Origin: a bacterium
GTDB taxonomy: Bacteria; Patescibacteriota; Saccharimonadia; UBA4664
Direction of reading: 5' to 3'
Length of the DNA stretch: 64,000 nucleotides
Assembly (NCBI GenBank): GCA_016699105.1
Contig: CP064960.1
Span: 520,727 to 584,726, forward strand
In this document: piece by piece, positions 44,293 through 55,056 of the stretch
Position numbering within the stretch: position 1 is the first letter of the stretch
Layout: each line of letters begins with the position of its first letter
Made by a program: the position numbers and the translations under genes
Notes under the pieces: generated by a model
The model's database searches: none
What the model was told of the DNA's origin: nothing
What the model saw: the letters and a program-made list of their open reading frames with translations, nothing else

Positions 44293-47262
44293 ATGAAAAA
44301 AGCAGTTCAACCTGATTTTCCGGCTTTTGAAGCGGAAATTCTGAAAACTTGGGAGTCTGAAAAAACATTTCAAGCAAGTCTTGAAGCGCGTAAACAGGGC
44401 CAACGGTTTAGTTTTTATGATGGGCCACCTTTTGCTAATGGCAAACCCCATTATGGACACATATTAGCTGCTACAATCAAAGATTCAATAACCCGCTATA
44501 AGACTATGCGAGGTTACTATGTCCCGCGTCGTTTAGGCTGGGATACTCATGGGCTGCCAGTCGAGTATGAGGTTGAAAAGAACTAAAATTGTCGGGTAAA
44601 CAACAAATTTTGGAATATGGCATCGATAAATTTAACACGGTCGCTCGGGCGAGTGTCTTCCGGTATCGCGATGTGTTTGAAAGTTTATATCGTCGTATGG
44701 GACGGTGGGCAGACCAAGATAACGCCTATGCCACATTGGATGATTCGTATATTGAGAGTGTGTGGTGGGTGTTGGCGAAGTTGCATGAGAAAGGTCTATT
44801 ATATCGGGGATTTCGTAGTAATCCTTATTGCCCCCGTTGCGCTACGCCGTTGTCGAATTTTGAAGTAAATCAAAATTACAAAGATAACGTGCCCGATCCC
44901 AGCGTGTACGTTAAATTTCCGGTAGTTGGGCGAGATGGCGTCAGTTTACTGGCTTGGACGACAACACCTTGGACATTGCCGGCGAACGCGGCCTTGGCAG
45001 TAAACAATGCGGCAGTATACGCAGAAGTTGAAATGCAAGGCGATGGTGATTCGTGGACGAAAGGCGAACGACTCATAGTAGCGAAATCGCGATTGGACGA
45101 ACTTACTCTACGTAAAGCCGATTTCCAGATCGTTCAAACGTATATGGGTAAAGAGCTCGCTGGATGGAAATATGTACCGTTATACCCAACAGTCCAAAAA
45201 TTGTCCGATAGCGAGCAAGCAGCCGTTCACACCGTGTACGTAGATGAAAGTGTCAGCCTAGACGATGGTACCGGAGTGCTTCATGTGGCTCCCAGATATG
45301 GTGAAACCGATTTGGCACTGGGCTTACGCGTTGGACTGCCACTGCTTGAGAGTGTAAACGGTTTCGGCAAAATGACTGATGCCATCACAGAGTTGGATGG
45401 CCTTGAAGCGGTCCGAGACACTTTTTCAAGCAAGCTGATGCGCATATTATTGCCGATTTAACGAGTAAAGGCCGGGTGTTTGCGGCAGAAACCTTTGAGC
45501 ATACCTATCCGTTTTGTTGGCGCTGCGAGACGCCGCTACTGTACTTTGCGATGCCGAGCTGGTTTATTGCTGTGACCAAATTGCGAGATCGGTTGGTTGC
45601 GAACAACGATCAAATCAATTGGACACCAGGTCACATCAAAGATGGCCGGTTTGGGAACTGGCTAGCTGAAGCCCGTGATTGGAATTTCAGTCGTAATCGC
45701 TTTTGGGTGCGCCACTGCCAATATGGGTAAACGAGCTAGACGAAACTGACTATATTGTGGCTGGATCCGTCGATGAACTTCGAAAATTGACAGGCGCTCC
45801 ACCAGATTTAGATTTACACCGGCCCGGAATTGACGCTGTTGTAATTAAGCGTGACGGCAAGGTCTATAAACGGACTGAGGAAGTTTTTGACTGTTGGTTT
45901 GAATCGGGTGCTATGCCTTATGCTCAAGATCATTACCCGTTTGCCGAGGCGGCAAGGTTTGAGCAAGCGTTTCCGGCAGAGTTTATCGCTGAAGGTCTTG
46001 ATCAGACTCGCGGTTGGTTTTACACATTGCATGTTTTGGGCACGGCATTATTTGATAAACCGGCGTTTAAAAATGTAATTGTAAATGGCATGGTGCTGGC
46101 AGCAGATGGTAAAAAACTGTCAAAACGACTCAAGAATTATCCGGATGCCGATGAATTGTTTGCGACGACTGGCGTTGATAGCTTGCGCTTTTTCCTCATG
46201 AGCTCGCCAGTGACGACGGGTGAAGATGTGCGCTTTAGCTTTGATGCCGTCAATGAGACGAAGCGTAACGTGTTTATGACCCTATGGAATGTCTATAGTT
46301 TTATGTCCACGTACGCCGAAATCGATGGTTGGGAACCTGCCAGTGCCTACCCTGACGGTAAACTGACAGAACCGACAAGCGATAATCTCCTCGATCAGTG
46401 GATGTTATCACGACTCAACCAAACTATCGCCGAAGTGACCGAGCAGTTGGATGCATACCAACTAGCTCGAGCAGTGCGACCTCTGCGGGATCTCATTGAC
46501 GATGTGTCGAATTGGTATGTTCGGCGGAGCCGACGGCGGTTCTGGAAGAGTGAAGATGATGCCGATAAAGCCAGTGCGTACGTAACGCTGCACTACGTTT
46601 TGTGCCGGCTGACACAATTATTGGCACCGTGGAGTCCATTTGTGCCTGACAAAATGTGGCGTGAACTGACAGCGGGTATGAAGGCGGCAAAGAGCGTTCA
46701 TTTGAGTGATTGGCCCGAAGATGGATCTATTGATGAAGCATTGCTGATGCGGATGTCGAGTACACGCAAAGTTGTGACCGACGGGTTATCGTTACGAGCG
46801 GCTGCCAAGATTAAAGTACGCCAACCACTGGCTCAATTGACCTATGCGCAAGACGATACGTTGGGACATGAGCTCGAGCAAATTGTGGCAGATGAAGTCA
46901 ACGTTAAAACCGTAACTTGGGGTAATGACACAAAGGTTGGTGATGCTGTCGTTTTGGACACTGAAATCTCTCCGGAACTGCGGGCTGAAGGCTTGATGCG
47001 AGAAGTAATCCGACACGTGCAAAGCGCTCGCAAAGCCGCTGAGCTTGAGGTAAATGATCGGATTAATTTGGAGCTGGCAGTCACTGACAATGAATTGTCG
47101 ACCGCTATTTCGACCTACTCAACAGTCATTGCGGCGGAAACGCTGGCTACGCAATTGGTGGTGAGCGGTCAAGAATTGCCCGATGGTAGTACGGTTAAAA
47201 TAGGTGGGATCGAATTAACACTACGGCTGCACAAGGCAGATCAAAGAGCTAAGATAGGTTAG
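44293..47262 (+). CDS. ileS: isoleucyl-tRNA synthetase, interrupted by three homopolymer frameshifts
   Basis: Four consecutive ORFs (44197-44586, 44589-45461, 45476-45730, 45703-47262) together give a full-length IleS, including the HYGH-type [14 protein letters not shown] as KLSKRL, and the editing domain. The shifts are at an AAAG/AAC run near 44580, the TTTTT run at 45422-45426 and a GGG run at 45704-45708. The start at 44293 is preceded by an AAGGAG RBS. Confidence 0.9.
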
Positions 47263-48377
47263 TGTTTGTATCCCGTTTTTGGCGAAATTTTGATTGGGTA
47301 ATCGCTGGCGTAACTGTACTGCTCGTGGTCATGGGTATTTTAGTTATCTGGTCGACGACGTTTAAAGCGACAACCCAAGTAGGTATGGGCGACGTCTGGC
47401 GCCAGCTTCAATTTGCGATAGTTGGCTTGTTGGGTCTGGCTGCAATGGCGCGCATTGACTATCGAACTTGGTCTAAACTGACTGTTTGGCTGTATGGTTC
47501 GATGATTGTACTGCTCTTATATGTCCTGCTTTTTACTAATTCGATATTGGGCGCACAGCGCTGGATAGATCTGGGGTTGTTTAATTTTCAGCCGTCAGAA
47601 TATGCCAAATTGGTTGTTATTATCGTGCTAGCTAAGTTTTTATCACAGTATTACGACCGACTGGAACACTGGCGATATTTACTCTGGTCGGTGGTGATTG
47701 TGGCGGTTCCAACTATCTTGGTCATGCGGCAACCTGATCTCGGAACGGCCTTAGTGCTGGGAGCGATTTGGTTGGCAATGGTTGCTTGTTCGCGGGTGCG
47801 TAAGTCGCACTTGGTGATTTTGTTTGGGGTGGGACTGGCCTCATTACCGCTATTTATAGCCAACCTCAAGCCCTATCAGCGAGCGCGTTTGGAAGCATTT
47901 TTCAATCCCGCGGCAGATCCGCTCAATACCGGCTACAATGCCGTGCAATCACAGATAACGGTCGGCAGTGGGCAAATTTTCGGGCGGGGATTGGCGGCAG
48001 GTTCGCAGAGTCAACTTAATTTTTTGCCTAGTCTGGCTCAGCATACCGATTTTATTTTTGCGGTGCTCAACGAAAAACTTGGGTTTGTGGGCGGGGTACT
48101 GTTACTGACATTATTTGGTGTTTTGTTGTGGCGGGGTTTGCGGATAGGTTATTTGGCTCAAGATCGGTTTGGCATGTTTGTCGCGGTGGGCGTGGTGGCC
48201 ATGATACTGTTTCACGTCACGATCAATGTTGGTATGAACTTAGGTATTGCCCCGGTGACGGGAATCCCTTTACCGTTTGTGAGCTACGGCGGGACGGCAT
48301 TACTGACGATGATGGCGGCAATTGGTCTATTGGAAAGCATTGCGGTCCGTCGCAAAAAGTTGCAATTCGAGGACTAG
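47262..48377 (+). CDS. FtsW/RodA/SpoVE-family peptidoglycan glycosyltransferase
   Basis: 371 aa with about 10 TM segments and the SEDS motifs (PSEYAKL, GYNAVQSQIAVGSGQIFG). Confidence 0.85.
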   Translation: MFVSRFWRNFDWVIAGVTVLLVVMGILVIWSTTFKATTQVGMGDVWRQLQFAIVGLLGLAAMARIDYRTWSKLTVWLYGSMIVLLLYVLLFTNSILGAQRWIDLGLFNFQPSEYAKLVVIIVLAKFLSQYYDRLEHWRYLLWSVVIVAVPTILVMRQPDLGTALVLGAIWLAMVACSRVRKSHLVILFGVGLASLPLFIANLKPYQRARLEAFFNPAADPLNTGYNAVQSQITVGSGQIFGRGLAAGSQSQLNFLPSLAQHTDFIFAVLNEKLGFVGGVLLLTLFGVLLWRGLRIGYLAQDRFGMFVAVGVVAMILFHVTINVGMNLGIAPVTGIPLPFVSYGGTALLTMMAAIGLLESIAVRRKKLQFED

Positions 48378-48475
48378 TCTTTACCAAACGGCTCGTTTCT
48401 GGTATGATACGGCGGATATTAAAAAATGAAGCACGCCTGCACCATCAAGCAGGCCTTTGAAAGGGGCTCACATTT

Positions 48476-48775
48476 ATGCAAGCAGTAATTATGACCGGCG
48501 GAAAGCAATTTCTGGTAACTTTGGATCAAGAACTCGATGTCGAGCTTATTGGTGATGCCAAGAAAATTGATTTCGAGCCATTACTGGTAATCGATGGCGA
48601 CAAAGTAACTGTTGGTCAGCCGACAGTTGCGGGAGTCAAAGTTAAAGCCGACGTCCTAGAAGAAGTGAAGGGCGATAAGCTCAAAATTCTCAAATTTAAG
48701 GCCAAAAAACGCGTCAAGAAATTGACTGGTCACCGCCAGCACTATTCTCGTATTAAAATTACGTCTATAGCGTAA
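48476..48775 (+). CDS. rplU: 50S ribosomal protein L21
   Basis: MQAVIMTGGKQFLVTLDQ...KFKAKKRVKKLTGHRQHYSRIKI matches L21. No rpmA (L27) follows. Confidence 0.9.
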   Translation: MQAVIMTGGKQFLVTLDQELDVELIGDAKKIDFEPLLVIDGDKVTVGQPTVAGVKVKADVLEEVKGDKLKILKFKAKKRVKKLTGHRQHYSRIKITSIA

Positions 48776-48793
48776 GCCCAAACGGTCGGTCGG

Positions 48794-49912
48794 CTACTGT
48801 ACGACCCAATACTCGAAGCTGTAGCTGGTGTTGCTGGACGACGGTGCGTTGACTGCTCCCACGGTAAATCCGGTGGCGGTTTTAATGATGTATGGTTGCA
48901 AGGCAGCGCTGCCGCTACCTATGGGCGTGATGATGATATGGGGTGCTCGCGGATAAGCTGATTTGAAGGTGAGGTTGACGAGTAATCCCGCGGTAGAACC
49001 ACTTCCGGTGCGAATTGTGAGGGTGCCGGCGGAATCAATCCCCTCAACACTGGCACTCGAGCCTGATCCGGCTTGACCAGCCGGTGATGCTGATGGAGCT
49101 TGGCCAGAAATCGAAATATGTCCACCGATATTGAGGGTACCGGTCACTGTAACGGTCGTGGCATTGACTGTCGGCGCTGACACGACACCACCGAAACTGC
49201 CATTACCCGTGGTCGTGAGATTGCCGGTAACGGTAGCGCCGGCGCCCAATGTGACGGGGGACTGAGCACTCAAAGGACCAGCTACCGTGAGCTGGCCACG
49301 GACATTGGTGACACCAAGATTGGCCGTTTTATTGGCAGTCAATCCAGCCAATGTCGTATCGCCCGATACTTCAAGTCCACCAATGACCTTGAGGTCTTGG
49401 GAGACAGCGACACGGTTCGAAAACAAAGTGCTGGGGCTAATTGTTAACGTCTGGGCATTGCTCCCGGCTGAATTGCCTTCGAAAAAGCTACCGAGTTTCT
49501 TGAGATCTTCAGACGATAATTCGGTTGTCGTGGTAGTAGCGGTCGGTTGGTTTTTCGATTGCCGGATGGCAAACCAATAATAGCCGCCGAGTAAGGCGGC
49601 CAGGGCGATAATGACACCCAAGGTAGTCAAGAGTGTCGTCATGATATCGGCGCGACGATACACGCCGGTGCGCGACACTTTGCCTTTTGATACCGGTCGA
49701 TGACCATCGCCGGCTGACAATACCGTTGGCATGGTGCCATCTGATAGTGCTTCTGCAGGTGGCGCACCGGCTTTGGCCGCTGTCGGCGGAGCCGGATCGG
49801 CAGGTTTCGCTGGTTTGTCGGATTCGCTTTTGGGGTTTGCGGGTTTTACTGGTTCGTCGGCCATAGTCATATGATACCGCTTGTGGTTTGGAGCAGCAAA
49901 CTGTGTTAGCAT
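48794..49912 (-). CDS. type-II membrane protein with Pro/Ala/Lys-rich cytoplasmic head and extracellular beta-helix-like T/G/V repeat domain
   Basis: The N-terminal segment is Pro/Ala/Lys-rich (ADEPVKPANPKSESDKPAKPADPAPP). One TM follows (MTTLLTTLGVIIALAALLGGYYWF). Then come repeats of the LEVSGDTTLAGLTANKTANLGVTNVRGQLTVAGPLSA type. The likely start is MTMADEP at 49870. Confidence 0.7.
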   Translation of the reverse strand: MLTQFAAPNHKRYHMTMADEPVKPANPKSESDKPAKPADPAPPTAAKAGAPPAEALSDGTMPTVLSAGDGHRPVSKGKVSRTGVYRRADIMTTLLTTLGVIIALAALLGGYYWFAIRQSKNQPTATTTTTELSSEDLKKLGSFFEGNSAGSNAQTLTISPSTLFSNRVAVSQDLKVIGGLEVSGDTTLAGLTANKTANLGVTNVRGQLTVAGPLSAQSPVTLGAGATVTGNLTTTGNGSFGGVVSAPTVNATTVTVTGTLNIGGHISISGQAPSASPAGQAGSGSSASVEGIDSAGTLTIRTGSGSTAGLLVNLTFKSAYPRAPHIIITPIGSGSAALQPYIIKTATGFTVGAVNAPSSSNTSYSFEYWVVQ

Positions 49913-49919
49913 GACAGAT

Positions 49920-50866
49920 ATGGCTGTGTTCCAGGAGTTTAATCATGCCGTGCAGTTTGGACGGCGATTGCCCAAAAGGGAAACATCCTATGCCACCCTG
50001 GTATTCTTGATGATGGCATTAGGTGTGCTGTTGGGTAGTTTTACTTGGACGGCGGCAGCCGACACGCAGGGGACTGCCAAATACAGCGTGACGGCGGTGG
50101 TACCAGGTGCACGGCCAACTCAACCCGTCGTTATAACCTCACCGACAACTGGCCAAACTTTTACCGTCAATCCCGTTGTGGTGGAAGGAACCTGTCAGCC
50201 GGCGACATTAGTAAAAGTATTTACTAATGGCATCATGGTTGGCAGTATTTTTGTAGTGAAAACGGCCGCTTCAGTATTCCGGTGCAACTCGTGATTGGAC
50301 GCAATGATTTAACGGCGCAATCATTTAACGCTCTGGATCAAGAAGGGCCAACATCGGGGACAGTGACGGTTACACTCAACCAACCACCAGGAGCACCCGG
50401 CTTTTCCACTGAGTTATTGATTCAATCGGAGAATTATTATCGGGGGAGCGAGCCTGGTCAAGAGATTGTGTGGCCGATTGAACTCATTGGCGGATTGGCA
50501 CCGTATGCGGTGAGTATTGATTGGGGTGACGGTACTCAAGATCTCATAACCAGGTTGGCGCCGGGCCGGTTTACGGTCAGTCATACCTATAAACAAGTCG
50601 GGGGATACTTGGGATCATACCCGCTCATCATTCGGGCGACTGATTCGGCAGGTCGGACGGCTTATTTGCAATTGACGACCATCGTTAATTCGCCAACGGG
50701 TGCTACAACCGATGGCAGTGGTGCCCAGGCGACGAGCACAACTATCACAAAACTACTGGTGATTTGGCCGATATGGATAGTATTACTGTTGATGATAATC
50801 TCATTCTGGCTGGGTGAACGCCGTGAGAAACATATTATGCAGCGACAAATGGCGGCCTTGGCATGA
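49920..50866 (+). CDS. secreted Ig-like/PKD-domain protein with C-terminal TM anchor, one frameshift
   Basis: Signal peptide (RRLPKRETSYATLVFLMMALGVLLGSFTWTAAA). An Ig-like segment follows, then a PKD-type motif VSIDWGDGTQD...FTVSHTYKQVGGY. The C-terminal TM is LLVIWPIWIVLLLMIISFWL. ORFs 49881-50294 and 50282-50866 join if the TTTTT run at 50247-50252 is corrected. Confidence 0.7.
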
Positions 50867-51570
50867 AGTGGTTTGGTAAACGACGGCCACCTGAACCGGA
50901 AGCGCCGGCTGCTCTGCATGCCAGTGAGCTTCATGGCATGGCGGCTGAGGATTTGGCCGATTATGAGCAAGAGCTAGAATTAACTGATAAGCGCGAAGGC
51001 AAGGGATCCCGGCGTAAAGCTTGGTGGATCACGATTATCATCATGGGGGTGGTAGTAGGCGGTACCATAATTTTGATTTTGAAATATACTTCGGCTCCGG
51101 TAACAGTTGATTTGTCGGCGGCCGCTCCCAGTATTCGGCCGACGCCGACACCTCAAAATGGTCGGGGATTATTATCGGGAATATATGTGGCTTTGGAATA
51201 TCCGGGAGAATTTGATCAAGTCTCGAGAATAACTTCTGACCCAACGGCACTCGAACAATATTCAATCGGTTCGAAAGCCAGTTACCGGCGGCTGATTGCG
51301 GTAAATGTGCGCAAACTGGAATCAGGAAATCTAGATGATGATGCTAGTTATAAACGGCGGCTATTGTATCCAAAAGAGTATACTGAAACCAAGCAGGCGG
51401 TGACGGGAGCTAAGGTGAGTATAATGACAAAAGTAGATGGTCATGAACAAACGCTCTTTTGGGCGCAGGGGGGAAAACTGTTAACGGTGTCGGCTACTTC
51501 AACAGAGTCCGGTGACAATGTACCGGCCTTTTTGGCGACGGTGCGGGAGAGTGTGACATGGCGTCAATAA
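50863..51570 (+). CDS. single-pass membrane hypothetical protein
   Basis: 235 aa. An N-terminal charged region is followed by a TM (AWWITIIIMGVVVGGTIILIL) and then an extracytoplasmic domain. Confidence 0.6.
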   Translation: MKWFGKRRPPEPEAPAALHASELHGMAAEDLADYEQELELTDKREGKGSRRKAWWITIIIMGVVVGGTIILILKYTSAPVTVDLSAAAPSIRPTPTPQNGRGLLSGIYVALEYPGEFDQVSRITSDPTALEQYSIGSKASYRRLIAVNVRKLESGNLDDDASYKRRLLYPKEYTETKQAVTGAKVSIMTKVDGHEQTLFWAQGGKLLTVSATSTESGDNVPAFLATVRESVTWRQ

Positions 51571-52613
51571 CTACGTGGCTGGGATTACCATTGGTATTGT
51601 TGCTATCGGCGTTACCAGCCAGCAATAACTACGAGCTCGGATCATATGGCTTTGGGACCGGTGGCACCAGTAACTCGAGCTCGAGCAACTATCGAATCAA
51701 TGGCGCTGCCGGTGAAGTAGCGGGGTCACAAAACTCAACCAATTATAAAGCAGGTGCTGGTGTCAATTATGAACAGCAAGCGAACGTGCCGATCATCACT
51801 ATTAGTAATGATGACAATTGGTACAACAAACTCAAAATTATCATTGATGCGCAGAACAATCCTAGTGACGCGGTTTTTGCGGTGGCCATATCGACAGACG
51901 GCTTCACGACCACCCAGTATGTGAAATCTGATTTAACGATTGGTTCGACATTAGCCCTAACAGATTATCAAACCTATGCAGCTTGGGGTGGGGCAACCGG
52001 GGTGATGGTGCGCGGACTGGCACGGTCGACGGTCTATTCGGTGAAGGCCCGGGCCATGCGGGGTGATTTCACTGAAAGTGCCTGGGGACCGACGAGTAGC
52101 GCCAGTACGGTAGATCCGACTTTGGTATTTGATATTGATGTGGCGCCAACTGATACGTCGACAAGTTCACCATATGTCGTGGATTTTGGTAGTTTGCCGG
52201 TCAGTACGGTCAGCCAGCCAGCTGATCAAGTGTGGGTTAGTTTGAGTACCAATGGTGAGTCTGGCGGTAAAGTATATCTGAGTGGCCAAAACGCTGGTTT
52301 ACGTAGTACCTTGGCCAGTTACACGATTGCCTCGCAAACTGGCGATTTGAGTGCATTAGCAGAAGGATTTGGGGCTCAGGGGCAATCGGCTACTCAGGGT
52401 TCAGGTGGACCATTGAGCTTGGTCGCGCCGTATAATTCAGCGGGTGCACTCGTGGGAGTTACTGATACAGTTATTCGGGAGATGTTTACAGCACCTGCAC
52501 CTGTTACATCGGGTCGGGGTTCGTTTACCCTCAAGGCTAAAACCCAACCACTGACACCTTCGGGTGGAGACTATGCGGAACTGTTACAGGCTATCGCCTC
52601 GGCGAGCTTTTAA
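51558..52613 (+). CDS. secreted hypothetical protein
   Basis: 351 aa with a signal peptide (MASITTWLGLPLVLLLSALPASN), then a Ser/Thr/Gly-rich globular region. No known motif. Confidence 0.65.
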   Translation: MASITTWLGLPLVLLLSALPASNNYELGSYGFGTGGTSNSSSSNYRINGAAGEVAGSQNSTNYKAGAGVNYEQQANVPIITISNDDNWYNKLKIIIDAQNNPSDAVFAVAISTDGFTTTQYVKSDLTIGSTLALTDYQTYAAWGGATGVMVRGLARSTVYSVKARAMRGDFTESAWGPTSSASTVDPTLVFDIDVAPTDTSTSSPYVVDFGSLPVSTVSQPADQVWVSLSTNGESGGKVYLSGQNAGLRSTLASYTIASQTGDLSALAEGFGAQGQSATQGSGGPLSLVAPYNSAGALVGVTDTVIREMFTAPAPVTSGRGSFTLKAKTQPLTPSGGDYAELLQAIASASF

Positions 52614-52706
52614 TGATTGTGAATAAATGGGGTTGACAAAAATACAGCGTTTACAATAGGATAAGCGTAAGTAGTTCAGTAATAAAAACTACAAATCAAA
52701 ATCAAA

Positions 52707-53846
52707 ATGCAGAATCGAAAACTACACATCACCCTCGCCGCAATCGCCGCCATCATGGCGGACTTGTTCGTGCCAGCGCTTGTTGGTACGGCTTTAGCGG
52801 CGCCACAGTTTACGCAAGCGTTCGTACGACCTGATCGGCACAAGGAGCTGACAGCTACAGGTGCGACCGTTTGTGCGACACCGACAGCAGCGACAACTGG
52901 TCAAACTGAAGACCAAGTGGTGGTCATATTCCCGACTGACGGTGGTGCCACTGACTTTGTGGTAAACGCTACCGCTGCGAACTGGGTTGTAAACAATACC
53001 GACCTGCCAGCGGGCTCGACTTTCTGGCCTGGTATGACTTCGGGAACAACAACAGCATCAAATGTCAGTGGAAAAACCGTCACTTTTCCATCAGGTGACT
53101 TGTCAGCAGCAACTCAGTATTGTTTTCACATTGTAGGCACAAACACCCTGACAAATGGCTCGGCTACTACCTCTATCAACATTACTGGTGCGACATTATA
53201 TAGCCGAGTATCTGGTGGACCTACGATCGTTAACCAAACCAACTGGGCTTATACTGTAACTACCGATGATAGTATTGTCATCTCAGCGGTAGTGCCGCCG
53301 AACTTCACCATCGCCTTGAGCGCCTATGTAGACGCCTTCACAACAAACCTTGACCCTGCCGGCATCGTCAGCACCACAGGAGTTGATGCCACTATCACGA
53401 CCAATGCTGTCGGTGGTTGGATAGCTTGGGCCAAAGATCAATATGGTGGACTGTATTCGGCCGCAGCTAACTATACCATAGCTTCAGGGCTGATGAACCC
53501 ATACCCAACCCAACTGTATGCGGTCGGCGACCCTGCCTTCGACCTGGTGGCCAGTGCCGGTGGAGTTGGACGTGAAGGTTACGTCATGGACGTCGATATC
53601 GATACTGATGCTGCAAGCGGTTGTACCGTCGCAATTGATGCTGCGTACAACAGCGCGAGTGGTAATGGTGGCGGCGTCTTGAGCAGCACCAGTTTCCGGC
53701 CAATCGCTGGTTGTACCGGAACAGCGCCTGCGACTTCAGATGGTGATATCATCACACTCATCGAACGAGCGGTCATCCGCGGTGGTACTCCAGCCGGATC
53801 AGACTATACCGACGTCATTACTGTCGTCGGTGCTGGTAACTTCTAA
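52707..53846 (+). CDS. secreted surface protein, paralog A of a tandem pair
   Basis: 379 aa with a signal peptide. It shares conserved blocks with the next gene: VVPPNFTIAL, GGWIAWAKDQYGGLYSA, EGYVMDVDIDTDAASGCTV, AGCTGTAPATSDGD and a C-terminal SDYTDVITVVGAGNF. Confidence 0.75.
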   Translation: MQNRKLHITLAAIAAIMADLFVPALVGTALAAPQFTQAFVRPDRHKELTATGATVCATPTAATTGQTEDQVVVIFPTDGGATDFVVNATAANWVVNNTDLPAGSTFWPGMTSGTTTASNVSGKTVTFPSGDLSAATQYCFHIVGTNTLTNGSATTSINITGATLYSRVSGGPTIVNQTNWAYTVTTDDSIVISAVVPPNFTIALSAYVDAFTTNLDPAGIVSTTGVDATITTNAVGGWIAWAKDQYGGLYSAAANYTIASGLMNPYPTQLYAVGDPAFDLVASAGGVGREGYVMDVDIDTDAASGCTVAIDAAYNSASGNGGGVLSSTSFRPIAGCTGTAPATSDGDIITLIERAVIRGGTPAGSDYTDVITVVGAGNF

Positions 53847-53972
53847 AAGTACCATTCACTTTCGAAAACTATCATAGCCCATAAGCAACATGCAATAGTT
53901 TACTTGCATGTTGCTTATGCTTTGGAGTACACTTGAGGGGAAACTAGAAATAAAGAGAGAGTGTAGATTAGA

Positions 53973-55049
53973 GTGTCCATGCAGCGGGTCCGGCGGACAA
54001 AGCGAATACGGATAGTCGGAGCTATAATTCTGCTGCTCGCGGTAGTGGCTGATTTTGTACCTATACAGGCACAAGCTGGGTTTATCCAAGCTTATTTGCG
54101 TCTCGACCGGATGAAGATTAACACTGCTAGCGGTGGTTTGGTCTGTGCTCGGGCGTCATTGGCCGGTCCAACCGAAGCCAAAGTCATTGTGACATTTCCT
54201 TCGACGTATACGCTTAATACTACGGCTGCCAACTGGGTGATGACAACCACCAATCTGCCGAGCGGAGCTACGGCCTGGCCGGGTGTTGTGTCTGGTACTA
54301 CTACAGCCAGTGCTGTGGACAATACTCTCAAGACGGCGACGTTTCCGTCAAATGACTTACCTAACAACACCACGTTGTATTGTTTTAATTTTGCGGCCGC
54401 CAGTACATTGACGACAGCGGCTGCGGCCGCTAATAGTCAGCAAGCCAGCATTCAAACTCAGACATCAGCCAATGCGGTGATTGATCTGACGCAAATAGCA
54501 CTAGCTAATGCTACCGATGACACTATTCTTGTGACAGCGGTGGTGCCACCGTCGTTTATTTTTACCATGAGCGGTTATGCTGACCCCTTTGCTTCGAATC
54601 TAGACCCGCTCGCGGTTGTAAACACGAGCGGTATTATGGTTGATGTCGTCACAAACGCTAAAGGTGGCTGGATAGCGTGGGCGCGTTCGCAGTACGCGGG
54701 ATTATATTCGGCGACGGCTGGGTATACTATCCCGACCGTTGGTACGATCAACGGAGCTGTATCGAACCTAACGGCTGGAAATGAAGGGTACGTGATGGAT
54801 GTAGACCTGACGGCTGATGCGGCCAGCGGTTGTACAGTCAATATTGATAATGAATATGACGGATCTACAGCCACTGAGGGCGGAACGCTGTCGACGAGCT
54901 ACCAGCCTTTAGCTGAGTGTACAGGTACCTCTCCTGCAACTGCCAATCATGATCAATTTACTCTGACTGAACGCGCGGCGATTTCGGGTGCAACGCCAGC
55001 CAGCTCAGACTATACTGATAATATAACGGTCGTAGGGGCAGGTAATTTT
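53973..55049 (+). CDS. secreted surface protein, paralog B of the tandem pair
   Basis: It shares the same motif set with paralog A (VVPPSFIFTM, GGWIAWARSQYAGLYSA, EGYVMDVDLTADAASGCTV, AECTGTSPATANHD, SDYTDNITVVGAGNF). The track ORF reads through to 55157, but removing one T from the T6 run at 55045-55050 creates TAG directly after GAGNF, matching paralog A. Confidence 0.75.
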
Positions 55050-55056
55050 TTAGACT

